Shown: piece by piece, positions 1-10,247 of the stretch
Layout: each line of letters opens with the position of its first letter
Position numbering within the stretch: the first letter of the stretch is position 1
Assembly (NCBI GenBank): GCA_050084515.1
Contig: CM114271.1
Coordinates: forward strand, 44,206,001 to 44,270,000
DNA: 64,000 nt
From: Blasia pusilla
Taxonomy: Eukaryota
Reading direction: 5' to 3'
Notes under the pieces: generated by a model
What the model was told of the DNA's origin: nothing
The model's input: only the letters and a program-made list of their open reading frames with translations
Database searches by the model: none
Made by a program: the position numbers and the translations under genes

Positions 1-880
1 GAAACTTTTCAAAGGGGCTAAATGAGCCCACGGAATCATGTCTACCAAGTTTAAATTCAAGATGACATACTTGGAGAAGATGAAAATTGAAAGGACTCCA
101 TTTTCATTGGAGTTTTAAGGGCGCGCATCAAAAAATGATATGATAAATTTTGAGGTTTTTTTCACGACTCCATTGGACTTGTAACTTTTCAAGGGAGATA
201 CGTACACCTTGGGGATACTTTCAAAGGAGCTACATGCGCCCACGGAAGCATGTCTACCAAGTTTAAATTCAAGATGACATACTTGGAGAAGATGAAAAAT
301 GAAAAGACTCCTTTTTCATATGAGCTTTAAGGTCGCGAGTGAACAAATGATATGATAAATTTTGAGGTTTTGGTCAAGACTCCATTGGACGTAAAAAATT
401 GTAAGGGAGCTACATACATCCTGGGGATCATGTCCACCAAGTTTCAATTCAAGATGACTTACTTGGGCAAGATGAAAAATGAAAGGACTCCATTTTCATT
501 GGAGGTTTAAGGGCGCGAGTCAAAAAATGAGTTAATAACTTTTGAGGTTTTGGTCACAACTCCATTGGACTTGAAACTTTGCAAGGAATCTACATACACC
601 CTGCGGATCATGTCTACCAAGTTTCAATTCAAGATGACTTACTGCAAGATGAAAAATGAAAGGACTCCATTTTCATTGGAGGTTTAAGCTCGCGGGTCAA
701 AAAATGATATAATAAATTTTGAGGTTTTGGTCACAACTCCATTGGAGTTAAAACTTTGCAAGGGAGCTAAATTCACCTTGGGGATCATGTATACAAAGTT
801 TCAATTGAATATGATATACTTAGACAAGATGAAAAATGAAAGGACTCCATTTTCATTGGAGGTTTAACGACGCCGGTCAT
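1..880. repeat. Tandem satellite-like repeat, unit ~180 bp, ~5 units visible (runs off the window start)
   Basis: The motif atcatgtctaccaagtttcaattcaagatgac...gaaaggactccattttcattggag recurs near 35, 246, 428, 607 and 784. Spacing is ~177-182 bp; the first unit is ~30 bp longer through an internal duplication. Confidence 0.9.
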
Positions 881-1687
881 AAGTTCACAAGTAGCTTCTT
901 AGCGAGGGCTAACACCCTTAATAGTATGATTTTCCTTATCAAGTAGAATTAAAAAACTTTATAAAATATGTAAACTATTTTTTTATAGAATAAACATAAT
1001 AATTAAATTTATATCAAACAAACATTTCAATCGTTGTACCTTCCACCGTACCCAAGGACTTAGAACCCTAGAGAAAACTTTGATCCATCTCATCAACTCA
1101 CTTTATGGACAACATTCAAAACTGACTCATCTTCACAAGTCTCCAAAGTGAATTTTTTTGAAGTATTTCTTACAAAAAGTGAGTGGTACAGCACATTTCC
1201 ATTGCTTTGAGAGGAACCTCATACTTATGTACATTACAAAAATTTATATATGAAATCATCCTATCTAATCTGATTCATCCTCGTGGAGGGGAAACACGCA
1301 TGAATAAAGCTAGGGGAAGAGATAGAAGTGTTGGTGAGACGTATGCACCGGTGTTAGATATATCTGATGTAACTCAAGGTTGGCTTCACAATCATCTGTT
1401 TCTTGTGTTGGCTGTGTTGGAAACATCTCCCACTCCCTCTCGAAGAATCCAAAAAGTTCCTCCTGCATACAAGAGGGGTAATAGTATGTTCGAGGATATC
1501 TCCCTTCCTTCCTTAGAGGAATATCTTGTCATAAGAAAGGTGGAAATATTAATTCGAGTCTCCTCAAGAAAATATCATCCACCAATGGATTGTGGTAATT
1601 TTTGTGCACAAGTTGTCGAGCAGTGTTAAGAGCATCCCGAACTTCTTGTGCATTCAACCCTTGAGCAAAGAAGAAGTTTTTTGCCTC

Positions 1688-2277
1688 TCAATCTTGGATA
1701 TTTATGGGAGTTATGTGAATAAGCTTCCCTCGATTGTACATGTCAATGAAGGGGACTAGCCACGCTCGCATAGCCCAATCGATCCTTTGCTGACGTGGGA
1801 TTTCAGCGCAAACCACCCCATCTATGTTGGCTTCGGGGTTGTAATTTGATCGGGGGTTGTGACTTCCCAAGCTGAAAGTGAAATTATCTTGCTCTTGGGT
1901 CCGCTTGCCATGCGTTGGTGGTGCATTACTGTCGGGAGCGCAGAAAGAGATGCCAAAGAGATGATAAAGTCTTCCTGACCAAGCTTGTCTACAAGTTGGA
2001 CATTTATGAGATAGTAACATGCCCTTTTGAAGACAATATGGATGCCAATAAAAGGCTTTACATGTGTCTGTCACGTAGCAACCCTCAGTGGCAATAGGGT
2101 TGAAGCATATCATACATTTGGGCCAGTTGTTGGGCGTAAGGGCCCCTCCTTTAGCTAGTGCGATTGCCTTCATCCAATAAGGCACATCTTGATCTTGTCT
2201 GCACGGATTGAGAGTTGTTGGGGCCAACATTTGGATCCACAACATTGTTCCGTGTTGCGCGTAGGGCAGGAGGCCAC
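1688..2277 (-). pseudogene. 3' part of a RING-finger-like gene interrupted by the 12.4-kb MULE
   Basis: ORF 1688-2245 has CMIC...TCKAFYWHPYC...CPTCRQ, a RING-like Cys/His spacing. Across the TSD the frame joins ORF 14571-15242 (EQLWPP|ALRATRNN), with one frameshift before the RING. Confidence 0.65.
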
Positions 2278-3289
2278 GGGGGCTGGTATTCTGGCAGGAG
2301 AGAGTAAGAGAGGAGAGGAAGAGAGGAAGAGAGGAGAGTCTCTCTTAAAAAAAAAGGGCCAAATCCGCCTCCTCTCTTCAAAACTTTTTGACATATTTGA
2401 AATTTTTGTTTGCTTTCAAATTCAGGAAATCTTTAGAAGAGAGTATTTAGTGGTCCACATTTGGCCCTAAAAAAACCTCCTCTTTCCTGGGGGCGAGAGA
2501 AAAGGAGACATCATAAGACCACTACAAACATTTTTCCATCACTCTCCATGTGAGCCTAAGTTTCTTAACATTCCTTGTCTCGGTCAACAAAAAGCAGTGC
2601 CCTTGGTATTTTTGTTGGAGAACCACCCGGATGCCAACCTCTCTTTTTGCAGGATTGTTTGCATCATGGCCTCCCCTAAATTGCCCCATAACCAACTTTC
2701 TGTTGGTTATGAATGGTGTCTGCTCAAGACCAACTTTGTGAAATGTGAACACATCAGATCCTAAGGCTGAGAAACCGAGAGGCTGCACCCCTCCCAACCC
2801 GTAAGAAAGCTCACCATAAGAAAAGAAAGATTTTTAGAAGTGATTTTCTTCCACCCTGCACCCATGACGATCTAACAAAGTTGGGAATCCGAAATGGCAA
2901 TCCGACGGTGTAGTAGGAATCCGCACATCTTAGACAAGAAAAGAAGCCTACAACTGGTTTGACGAATGTAGGGGAACGAGCCAAAAGTTAAGAAGCTCTT
3001 TCCCTGTGAGAAGTTGGTCTCACAGGGAAAGAGTCCGATCACTCAAGCAGTCAACCTGTCGGATTCCGACAGCTTGCCTGGAAATGGTTAAAAAGTTGCA
3101 GTGGGCAAAAAGTAAAAAGTTGGAACCCGTCGGAATCATACGGGTTGCAGAATTATAATTCTAAGTAGCTAAAAGAACACAATCCACAAGTCCAAAAATA
3201 TTCCAGCAAACTTTTACAAACACCATTATGGGTTGAAAAAATCTCGTCCTTTATTACCTCCGAAGGAACCTCGGAAATGTACATTTGAC

Positions 3290-3610
3290 CTAGTCTATGA
3301 TTTCTTCAGCCTCGTCATCTACAAATTTACTCCTAACTCTCCTCGGTGACAGTACCAAAGGAATGTCCTGGGATACAAGTGGCTCCTCTGGCTGATTGTA
3401 GACGGGGATCGAAAATGTTGGCGAATTCGAGAGCCTTGACCCCTCCCTAGGTACACCATAACGGTCCCATGTAACGTGATTTGAGTCCCACCGCCTTCCT
3501 CGGCAGTATACCTTGTATGCTCTGCAATGTGACACCCATCCAGTATCAATATGTGCTCCGTCCCCGGTAATACCATTATGGCAACCGCACAGGTAGTAGG
3601 AATCCAACAC
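3290..3610 (-). CDS. Possible small third gene or extra exon of the MULE, function unknown
   Basis: 106-aa ORF with a pyrimidine tract and CAG acceptor just upstream (~3613). Homologous sequence lies at 20590-20910 and 32715-33025. No recognisable domain. Confidence 0.35.
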   Translation of the reverse strand: MLDSYYLCGCHNGITGDGAHIDTGWVSHCRAYKVYCRGRRWDSNHVTWDRYGVPREGSRLSNSPTFSIPVYNQPEEPLVSQDIPLVLSPRRVRSKFVDDEAEEIID

Positions 3611-4637
3611 GTCTGAGAGAAGAAAAGAAGCCTACGCCTGCCTTTACGAGTTGAGGGGAAGGTGCCAAGGGAAGAAGCCTGCCAGACTGCATCTTAAGTT
3701 GGACCAACAGGAAAGAGTCCGATCAGGCAACCCTGTCGGAACCGACAGTTGGCCGGAAGTGGTAAAAGGTGCAGTGGTCAAAAAGTGAAAAGTTGCAAGC
3801 AGGAGAAATCCGACGGGTTGCAAAATAGAAGTCCGCGGAGTACATAGATGATCACATTCAAAAAGACAAAAAATGTTCAGCAAACTTTTACAAGCACCAC
3901 CATCGTTCGAAAAAATCTTCTGCTTTATATCATCCGAAAAAGCTCTGAATCAGACATTTGATCTATTCTATGAAATCTTTTGCCTCATCATCAAAAACTC
4001 CCTACTCCAAACTTTGCAAATCAAGCGGGTCGTTGAGTTCTTTGAACTCACTTGTCATCGTCCGAGAGCTCTTGCAAAATTACTTTCGGCCTTGCCCTCC
4101 CGATTTTTGGAATCGTTGGAAGTGACGATGGAGTCACTACCAAGGGTGGGTATGGAACCGGAGCTCTCGGCTTCGGTGGAGAGATGTACGCCCCAACGAG
4201 CCTTTCGTATTCTGCCTTTGCCTCCTTGCAAAGGTCAAACAGTTCCTGCCTTCCCTCGAGGCACAGAATGTTCCTGCCACTCTGCCAGGCGCCTTTGATA
4301 CTTGCCCCTGAAAGTCCCACTAAGTCGAACACCAAGTCACCCGGCCTTGAGCAGAGCTCGATGAGCATTTGCATCAGGGCTGGCGACTTTTCCCTTCCTC
4401 CCAGAAGTGGGGTACTGTCTTGCATGTAAATTCCCGGGGAGGAATTGTACAAACTATCTAAGTTGTACCCATCTGAGCATGGATCCACAGGATCCTGGAT
4501 CTTGAACACCTGGAAATTGTGCTCGGGCCGGACGAAGCAGTACACATAGGAGTGGTCCATCTGTAAATAAGCACATTGGAAACAATGTCAACAACTAAAG
4601 AAGTCGGCTTGAGAACATTTTCAATTCCTAACTTTGG

Positions 4638-4957
4638 ATCAACCTGTCGGAGTCCGACGGGTTGTTTTGTCCCGGACCAACCTGTCGGGCTTTGTTGTTT
4701 TTGTCCGTGAGCAACCCGTCGGAAGGCGACAGTTCTTTGGCCTAGAGCGATCCATGCTGCCGAGAGCAACCGTCGCTATCGACGGGTTGCGCTTTTTTCG
4801 AAACACAGGGAAAAACCAAAAGCAACTGCGACCCGTCGGGTTCCGACGGGTTGCAGGTACACCACGGTTTTCCCTGTGTATGTGGGAAAGATGCAACTTG
4901 TCGGTTTCCGACGGGTTGCTCTAAGCCAGCAACCCGTCGCCTTCTGACGGGTTGCTC
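4638..4957. repeat. Palindrome cluster (GCAACCCGTCGG-n3-CCGACGGGTTGC) in intron 3 of the accessory gene
   Basis: About 7 degenerate copies, e.g. at 4640, 4711, 4766, 4828, 4893 and 4929. Confidence 0.9.
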
Positions 4958-7097
4958 ACGGACAAAAAAAATAGAGATTGACACTCATTATACTCACTCA
5001 ACGGAGATAAACACTCATTATACACATCATTAAAATATAATTGAGATTATAGTACATGAATTGAGCCCTACCCGAATCTCACTCGTCGCGGATCGGAGTG
5101 GGTACTCATTTTTTATGATCCACGATTGCGCCGTCCTCCACTTTAGCGACCTCTTGACGCAGTGGAGGTTGAAGAGCTTATCCTCGCTCCCTCCAGTCAA
5201 CACCAAGAAGCAGCCCCTATCACTCAGATAGGCGTCTGCAAAGGAGAACAATAGCGCAATTTGGTCATAAGAGAGCGCCACATTCCACTCAGGTACCTCG
5301 TCCGACGGATTCTCGCCCCAAAGTCGCAACCCCAAGGGCAGATCAGCGATCAAGAGATCCACCGCAACCTCTTCGACCACTCCATTCACCGTCCAGGCAG
5401 CGTGCCCATTTCGTTGGAGCTTCCGTCCCAGCATTGTCAATTTATTGATGGTCGGTGTCGACGCTTGAGAAGTGAAGCTCTTCAGCTCATCCAGTAAAGG
5501 AGTGAATTGAACGAGGACGCTTGTCCGGGTCGTTGTTTGTCTGTGTCTTCCCAAGGATGTTGGACTGTATTCTCCTTGGGACAACCCTGGCACCTCTCGC
5601 TTCCGCTTCTCCCGAGTCTGCGGACGGCTTGTCGGGGTCTCTATGACCTTAGACTCTGGTGGGGTTTCTTTCGCCGAGGACCTGGTCCGACCCTCTCTCC
5701 CCGCTCGCCCGGACGATTCTGCCTCTAGCCTTGAATCTTCAGCCTCTCTTTGGGAAGACTCGGCCTCTGAATTTTTCCCTCCCCTCGCCTTGCCTTTGAG
5801 ACCCGATGTGGATTTGTCTTTGGCTGTGCGGACCTTGGAAGCCAACTCAGCTGTCTTGTGGGATTGCTCTTCGGCATCTCCTCCGAAGAAGTCTTCAGGC
5901 TGCACGAAATTGGGGATGTCGTCTTGTCCAGAGGCCACTGCATCATGAAGCACTCGTAAATCCTTATCGGTGATGTCTTTAGGGTCGTTGAAGTCGAGCC
6001 AAATGGGGCAATTCTCCACCTCCCAATCGGACATGTGCTGCCCCATCTCCATGTCGTACATGGAGAATGTCTCTGCATCCGCGGCCAAGCCCACAATTTC
6101 AAGGTCGCCGGTAATTTTCCCCACGCACTGCATTCTTACACTTTGGATGAGGTACTTGAAGACCATCGGTTGGGCGCTTTTAGTCGAACAGAATCGGCCG
6201 TCGCTCTCTGTAGATCTCGCTTCTTCTTCGCTTGATCCTGTTTATTCCCTACTTCTTCGTCAAGCTCGCTGAGGGAGGACGCAAACCTTGAACATTGTCT
6301 TGAATCCTGGATTTTTGGTTGGCTTGTCGGATGTCGTCGAGCCAAACCTTGAAATCTCCGAACTTTCAAGGTTTGCTTCATCCGGATGGGCTCTAATCTT
6401 CGAGCTCGCTTGCGGAGGCCATCGCCCAAAGACGGACTTTCGATAACCAACGCGCCCCGTAACGACCATTCGCGTAGCGGTGGGAGATCATCGCTCGGAC
6501 ACACCGGAGGATGGTGTGCCGCCCTCTTTGGGCCTCTGTGCCCTCGAGAGTGATTTTCGTTAGTCGGATCCTCCTAAACTCACTTATGCCGGACAACGCA
6601 AACCGATGCACGCGATCCAGGGACACTTTCTCCCCAATCCGACCATGCGGATCTTCATCCCTTTTCCGCTGGCGCTTGATAATCGCCTTCAGCTCCTTGT
6701 AGAACTCCGGACCAAGTTCAGGGTTGAGAATGCTGATGTATCGCTGCATCTTGCTCGCCCGTGTATTCGTTCTTTGAGATCTGCAGCTTGATGAATTTCG
6801 CTGGCGCAGGCGCAAATACCTTTTCCCTCCGCTCCGGCTCGATTAACGCTCTTCTTCGCGGCCTGTATCTTCGACCAGCAAAGGATGGTTACGGCTGCAT
6901 CTTGGGAAATAAACTTATTTGCCCAAGTTTTCTTTTTTATTTGAGCACCCTTTGCAAGCATCTGATTGACAAGGGCATCGCCCAAGAACCCTCAGCACTC
7001 TCCCGGTGCGTCGTAAAGCACCTTCCTCACCCGATCGCAGATCCCGGATCCGGTGGTGGGTGACATTCCCCTCCGATACAATCTGCACATCCAAACT

Positions 7098-7766
7098 CAA
7101 CCCGTCAGAAATTACATGGGTTCCGCAACCCGTCGGACTCGGACGGTCACGACTCAAGGTCGGATTCTAGAACGAAGCTAAATGATGCAACCCGTCGAGT
7201 CCGACGGATTGCATTCAGATTTGCTAATGCTGGTTTCAACCCGTCGGACCGACGGGTTGTGCAATGAACATACTAACGTGAACATAGCAACCCGTCGAGT
7301 CCGACAGGTTGCGCAATTGTATGGAAACTTGCAATTTGACGCGAAATTTGGGGAACCAACTTCCGAATGCAACCCGTCGGACTGCGACGAGTTGATTTCG
7401 GCCAAAAACAGTTTCGAGTCAAGCAACCTGTCGGACTCCAACGGGTTGCTTTGGGCAAAAAACATACTAAACCTGCGGTCAGTCGAATAACTCGTCGGAG
7501 TCCGACGAGTTGCATTCTTCAAAAAACATCTTGAAAAGGCGGCGAGTCGAGCAACCCGTCGGACTCCGACGGTTTGCTTTGGGCCAAAAACTAATTAAAT
7601 CTGTGGTCAATCGAACAACTCGTTGGAGTTCGACGAGTTGCATTCTTAAAAAAACATCCGAAAAAGCGTCGAGTCGAGCAACCCATCGGAGTCCGACGAG
7701 TTGCTTTCGGCAAAAAAAAACCTAACCCATTCATCAATCGAGCAACTCGTCGGAGTCCGACGAGTG
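7098..7766. repeat. Palindrome array in intron 2 of the accessory gene, 64-bp period with 128-bp higher-order unit
   Basis: About 12 copies. The last six start at 7423, 7487, 7551, 7615, 7678 and 7742, and alternate spacers are homologous. Confidence 0.9.
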
Positions 7767-9297
7767 GCGTAAGTGTTAAAGCATCCCAACAACCGTCCCA
7801 ACCCAGCAAGAAGATACTCACGTGTTCATGGCATGCATTGCCATCTCCACCGTCGCCATGTGATGAGGGAATGGGTGAAGGACCACTGCCTTCACGCAAA
7901 AATGTGCCTCCAATGAGTTGGGCCGCTCCTCCGCAAACTTGGTCCACGCCATGAACCTGTGATTTCCATCCCACATGAAGAAATGCAGGTTCCTCATCCA
8001 GCTGAATTCCGTGCCCTCTACTTGCCTTCTGAAATCCTGGTCTCGCATCCTCCAGAATGTGTCGAGCTTTTCCAAGTCCTCCTCCCTAACCAGAGCTTGG
8101 GTTCCATGCTCGTCGTAAGGCTGAACATAGAAGGGAGGAAAGTTGTCAACGTAGGATGTTGTCGCCGCCGATTTTTTAAGCTTCGCGATGTCCTCGTCGG
8201 ACTGAATTTCGCGGACGTATTCTATTGCCCGCAATCAGCAGAGTGGAATCCTCGGGGTGTTGTGGCCCTCCATGAGTGCCATCTGCTTTACCACCTGTCA
8301 GAACCGGGACAAGATCAATAAGCTACACTGAATTCCCAATGAATTGCAATTCACATAATTCAAAAAACCCAGATCCTCTCTTACCCGCTCAAAAATGGGA
8401 TCGGTTTCTTGACCGGCCAACTTGTCTGAGACAGAAGTTGGCAAATCGACTGGGAACTCGTCGATCCGATAGAGGTCGATGTCCTCCGCCGGGCTTGGAG
8501 ACGAGAATGATCGCTCTCCGGCTTCTTTGGCCATGTCCACCATCTCCACGCTAGCGGTCCTCATGACCTCGTCGTCATCGATTTGAACTTCTGGCGTTTC
8601 CACTATATTGATTGTGTCCCCGGACTTCATGGGGGACATTTCCCGCATCTCAACACTTTCGGTTGGACGGGCAGGGCTATCGTCAATGGCTATCACTTTT
8701 TCCTCCTCGCTTTAGCCAGTCGCTCTCCTCACCGACGCGTCCAGACGCTTCTTTTCTCTCTTTTCGTCGGCGATCCTTTTCTTCAAGGCCTGCGACGTCT
8801 CAGCCTCTTCGTTCTGTTTATCGAGCGCCTCTTGAACACGTCTCGCAAGAAGCACCTGGTTGTGCATCTCCGCTTCCCTTTCCCGCTCCTCGATTTCCTG
8901 CTGCCTAATTTCATTCGCGAACGAGGCCAGGAGATCTTGAGGCAGAGTCCTAATGGACTTTGGAGTGAAGCTCCGGACTTGTTGGCTTGTGATTTTTTCC
9001 TCGTCATTTTTTCCGAAATGCCTCCACCTATGTCCACGATGAATCCCTTGATGATCGCCTTTGCGATGTCGACATGGGTAGCTCGAATCGCCTTGATGGG
9101 TAGCTCGAATCGTCTCGCGATCGTTCAGTCGAACCGTCTCGCTCTCGTTCGGTCGAACCGTCTCGCTCTCGTTCCCTCCTATCGACTCGCGATGTGTCGC
9201 CGTGTGAAACGCCCCTTCGTATCTGATCAGCTGTTGCGCGGGAGAGTGAGGAATGGAGATCGCAAAATGAGAAACCGGAAATGAGCGATTTCTGCCC

Positions 9298-9305
9298 TAT
9301 TTATA
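9298..9305 (-). promoter_or_regulatory. Candidate TATA box (TATAAATA) for the accessory gene
   Basis: TATAAATA on the minus strand ~290 bp upstream of the ATG at 9007. Retained in copy B (~27059). Confidence 0.45.
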
Positions 9306-9404
9306 CTTTTCTAGCCGTTGGGCTGACCGTTGGGCTGACCGTTGGGTCCCATCGTCCGTTCGACGGCGACGTGCCAGAGGTTACGGAAGTCCGGAGGTGA
9401 AAAA

Positions 9405-10022
9405 TGGCAACCCTTCGGAGTCTGACAGGTTGCGCGCCTCCGCCATCCTGGGTACGTCGCCACGTGCACGAGCAACCCGTCGGAGACCGACGGGTTGAGC
9501 GCCTCCGTCGTCTTCGGAAAAGAACGCAAGGTACCCGCGCAACCCGTCGGAGACCGACATGTTGCACGCCTCCACCGTGTTTGGGACGGGAACGGGACGT
9601 ACCCAGGCAATCCGTCGGAGACCGTTGGGTTGCAGACTTCCCTCGTCAAGGGTTAAGAACGCGGGCTTCCCGCGCAAGTCGTCAGAGTCCGACTGGCTGC
9701 ACACTTCATGTAAGCACCACAAGGCGAGGCCCTTGCGCAACCTGTTGGAGGGCGACGGGTTGCACGCCTCGCCGTCTTTGGGCAAATAGGTGAGGCACCC
9801 TCGGAACTTGTCGGGAACAGACGGTTTGCACGCCTCCGGCATCTTCGGGCAAGAAGGAGCGGTATCCGAGCAACTCGTCGGAGAGCGACGGGTTGCTTGC
9901 TTCGACAATGTTTGGCAGAAGCGTGCAACCCGTCCAAAGTCGACGGGTTGCAGGCTTCGGTTAGCTTCTGGTAATTTTTGAGTTAATAGGACTCCGACGG
10001 GTTCCAAGTGTGATTCGCAACC
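9405..10022. repeat. Palindrome array (~65-67 bp period) in the divergent promoter region
   Basis: Copies near 9407, 9472, 9539, 9607, 9672, 9737, 9802, 9870 and 9925, between the two divergent ATGs (9007 and 10248). Confidence 0.88.
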
Positions 10023-10247
10023 CTCTGCTTCCCAAATCCGGTAACACATTGCAAATGTAATTGAATGTGTTCTGGTGATCCATTGTGTCAGACAATGTCA
10101 CCCACCGAATTCATCTTGTCAGTAAAAATCTGTTCAGGAGTATTTGTTTTCCTATTCACTATGAATTAAAAATTCTCATTCTCATTCTCATTCTCATTAT
10201 GATTCTCTTTCTCATTCTCACCCTCCTCCCGTATGAAATTTCTCGGA

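Larger units (their letters stand above)
4048..9007 (-). pseudogene. MULE accessory gene: coiled-coil + ParB/Srx-like domain + beta-class N4/N6 DNA methyltransferase-like domain (~1200 aa; 4 exons; frameshifted in this copy)
   Basis: Inferred exons ~9007-8385, 8294-7822, 7082-5072 and 4560-4048, with GT..AG introns; the last junction is phase 0 and in frame. Exon 2 has FFMWDGNHRFMA (ParB GxxRxxA). Exon 3 ends with VDLLIADLPLG...LSDRGCFLV...WIIKN. Exon 4 has EKSPALMQMLIELCSRPGDLVFDLVGLSGASIKGAWQSGRNILCLE, resembling the N6_N4_Mtase C-terminal SAM-binding block. Confidence 0.8.

Noticed and set aside
7423-7766. CRISPR-like array (27-bp palindromic repeat, ~37-bp spacers); also 9405-10022
   Set aside because: Spacers are homologous to each other (128-bp higher-order unit), repeats are degenerate, there are no cas genes, and the context is a spliced plant transposon.
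4048-9007. Bacterial or phage contamination, or a restriction-modification system
   Set aside because: The gene has GT..AG introns, lies inside a TSD-bounded MULE contiguous with ELF3, and has no recognisable restriction endonuclease partner.
9301-10049. Multiple overlapping ORFs, likewise 26220-27053 and 37275-38032
   Set aside because: They arise from GC-rich palindromic repeats (recurring QPVGLRRVA/ATRR peptides on both strands).
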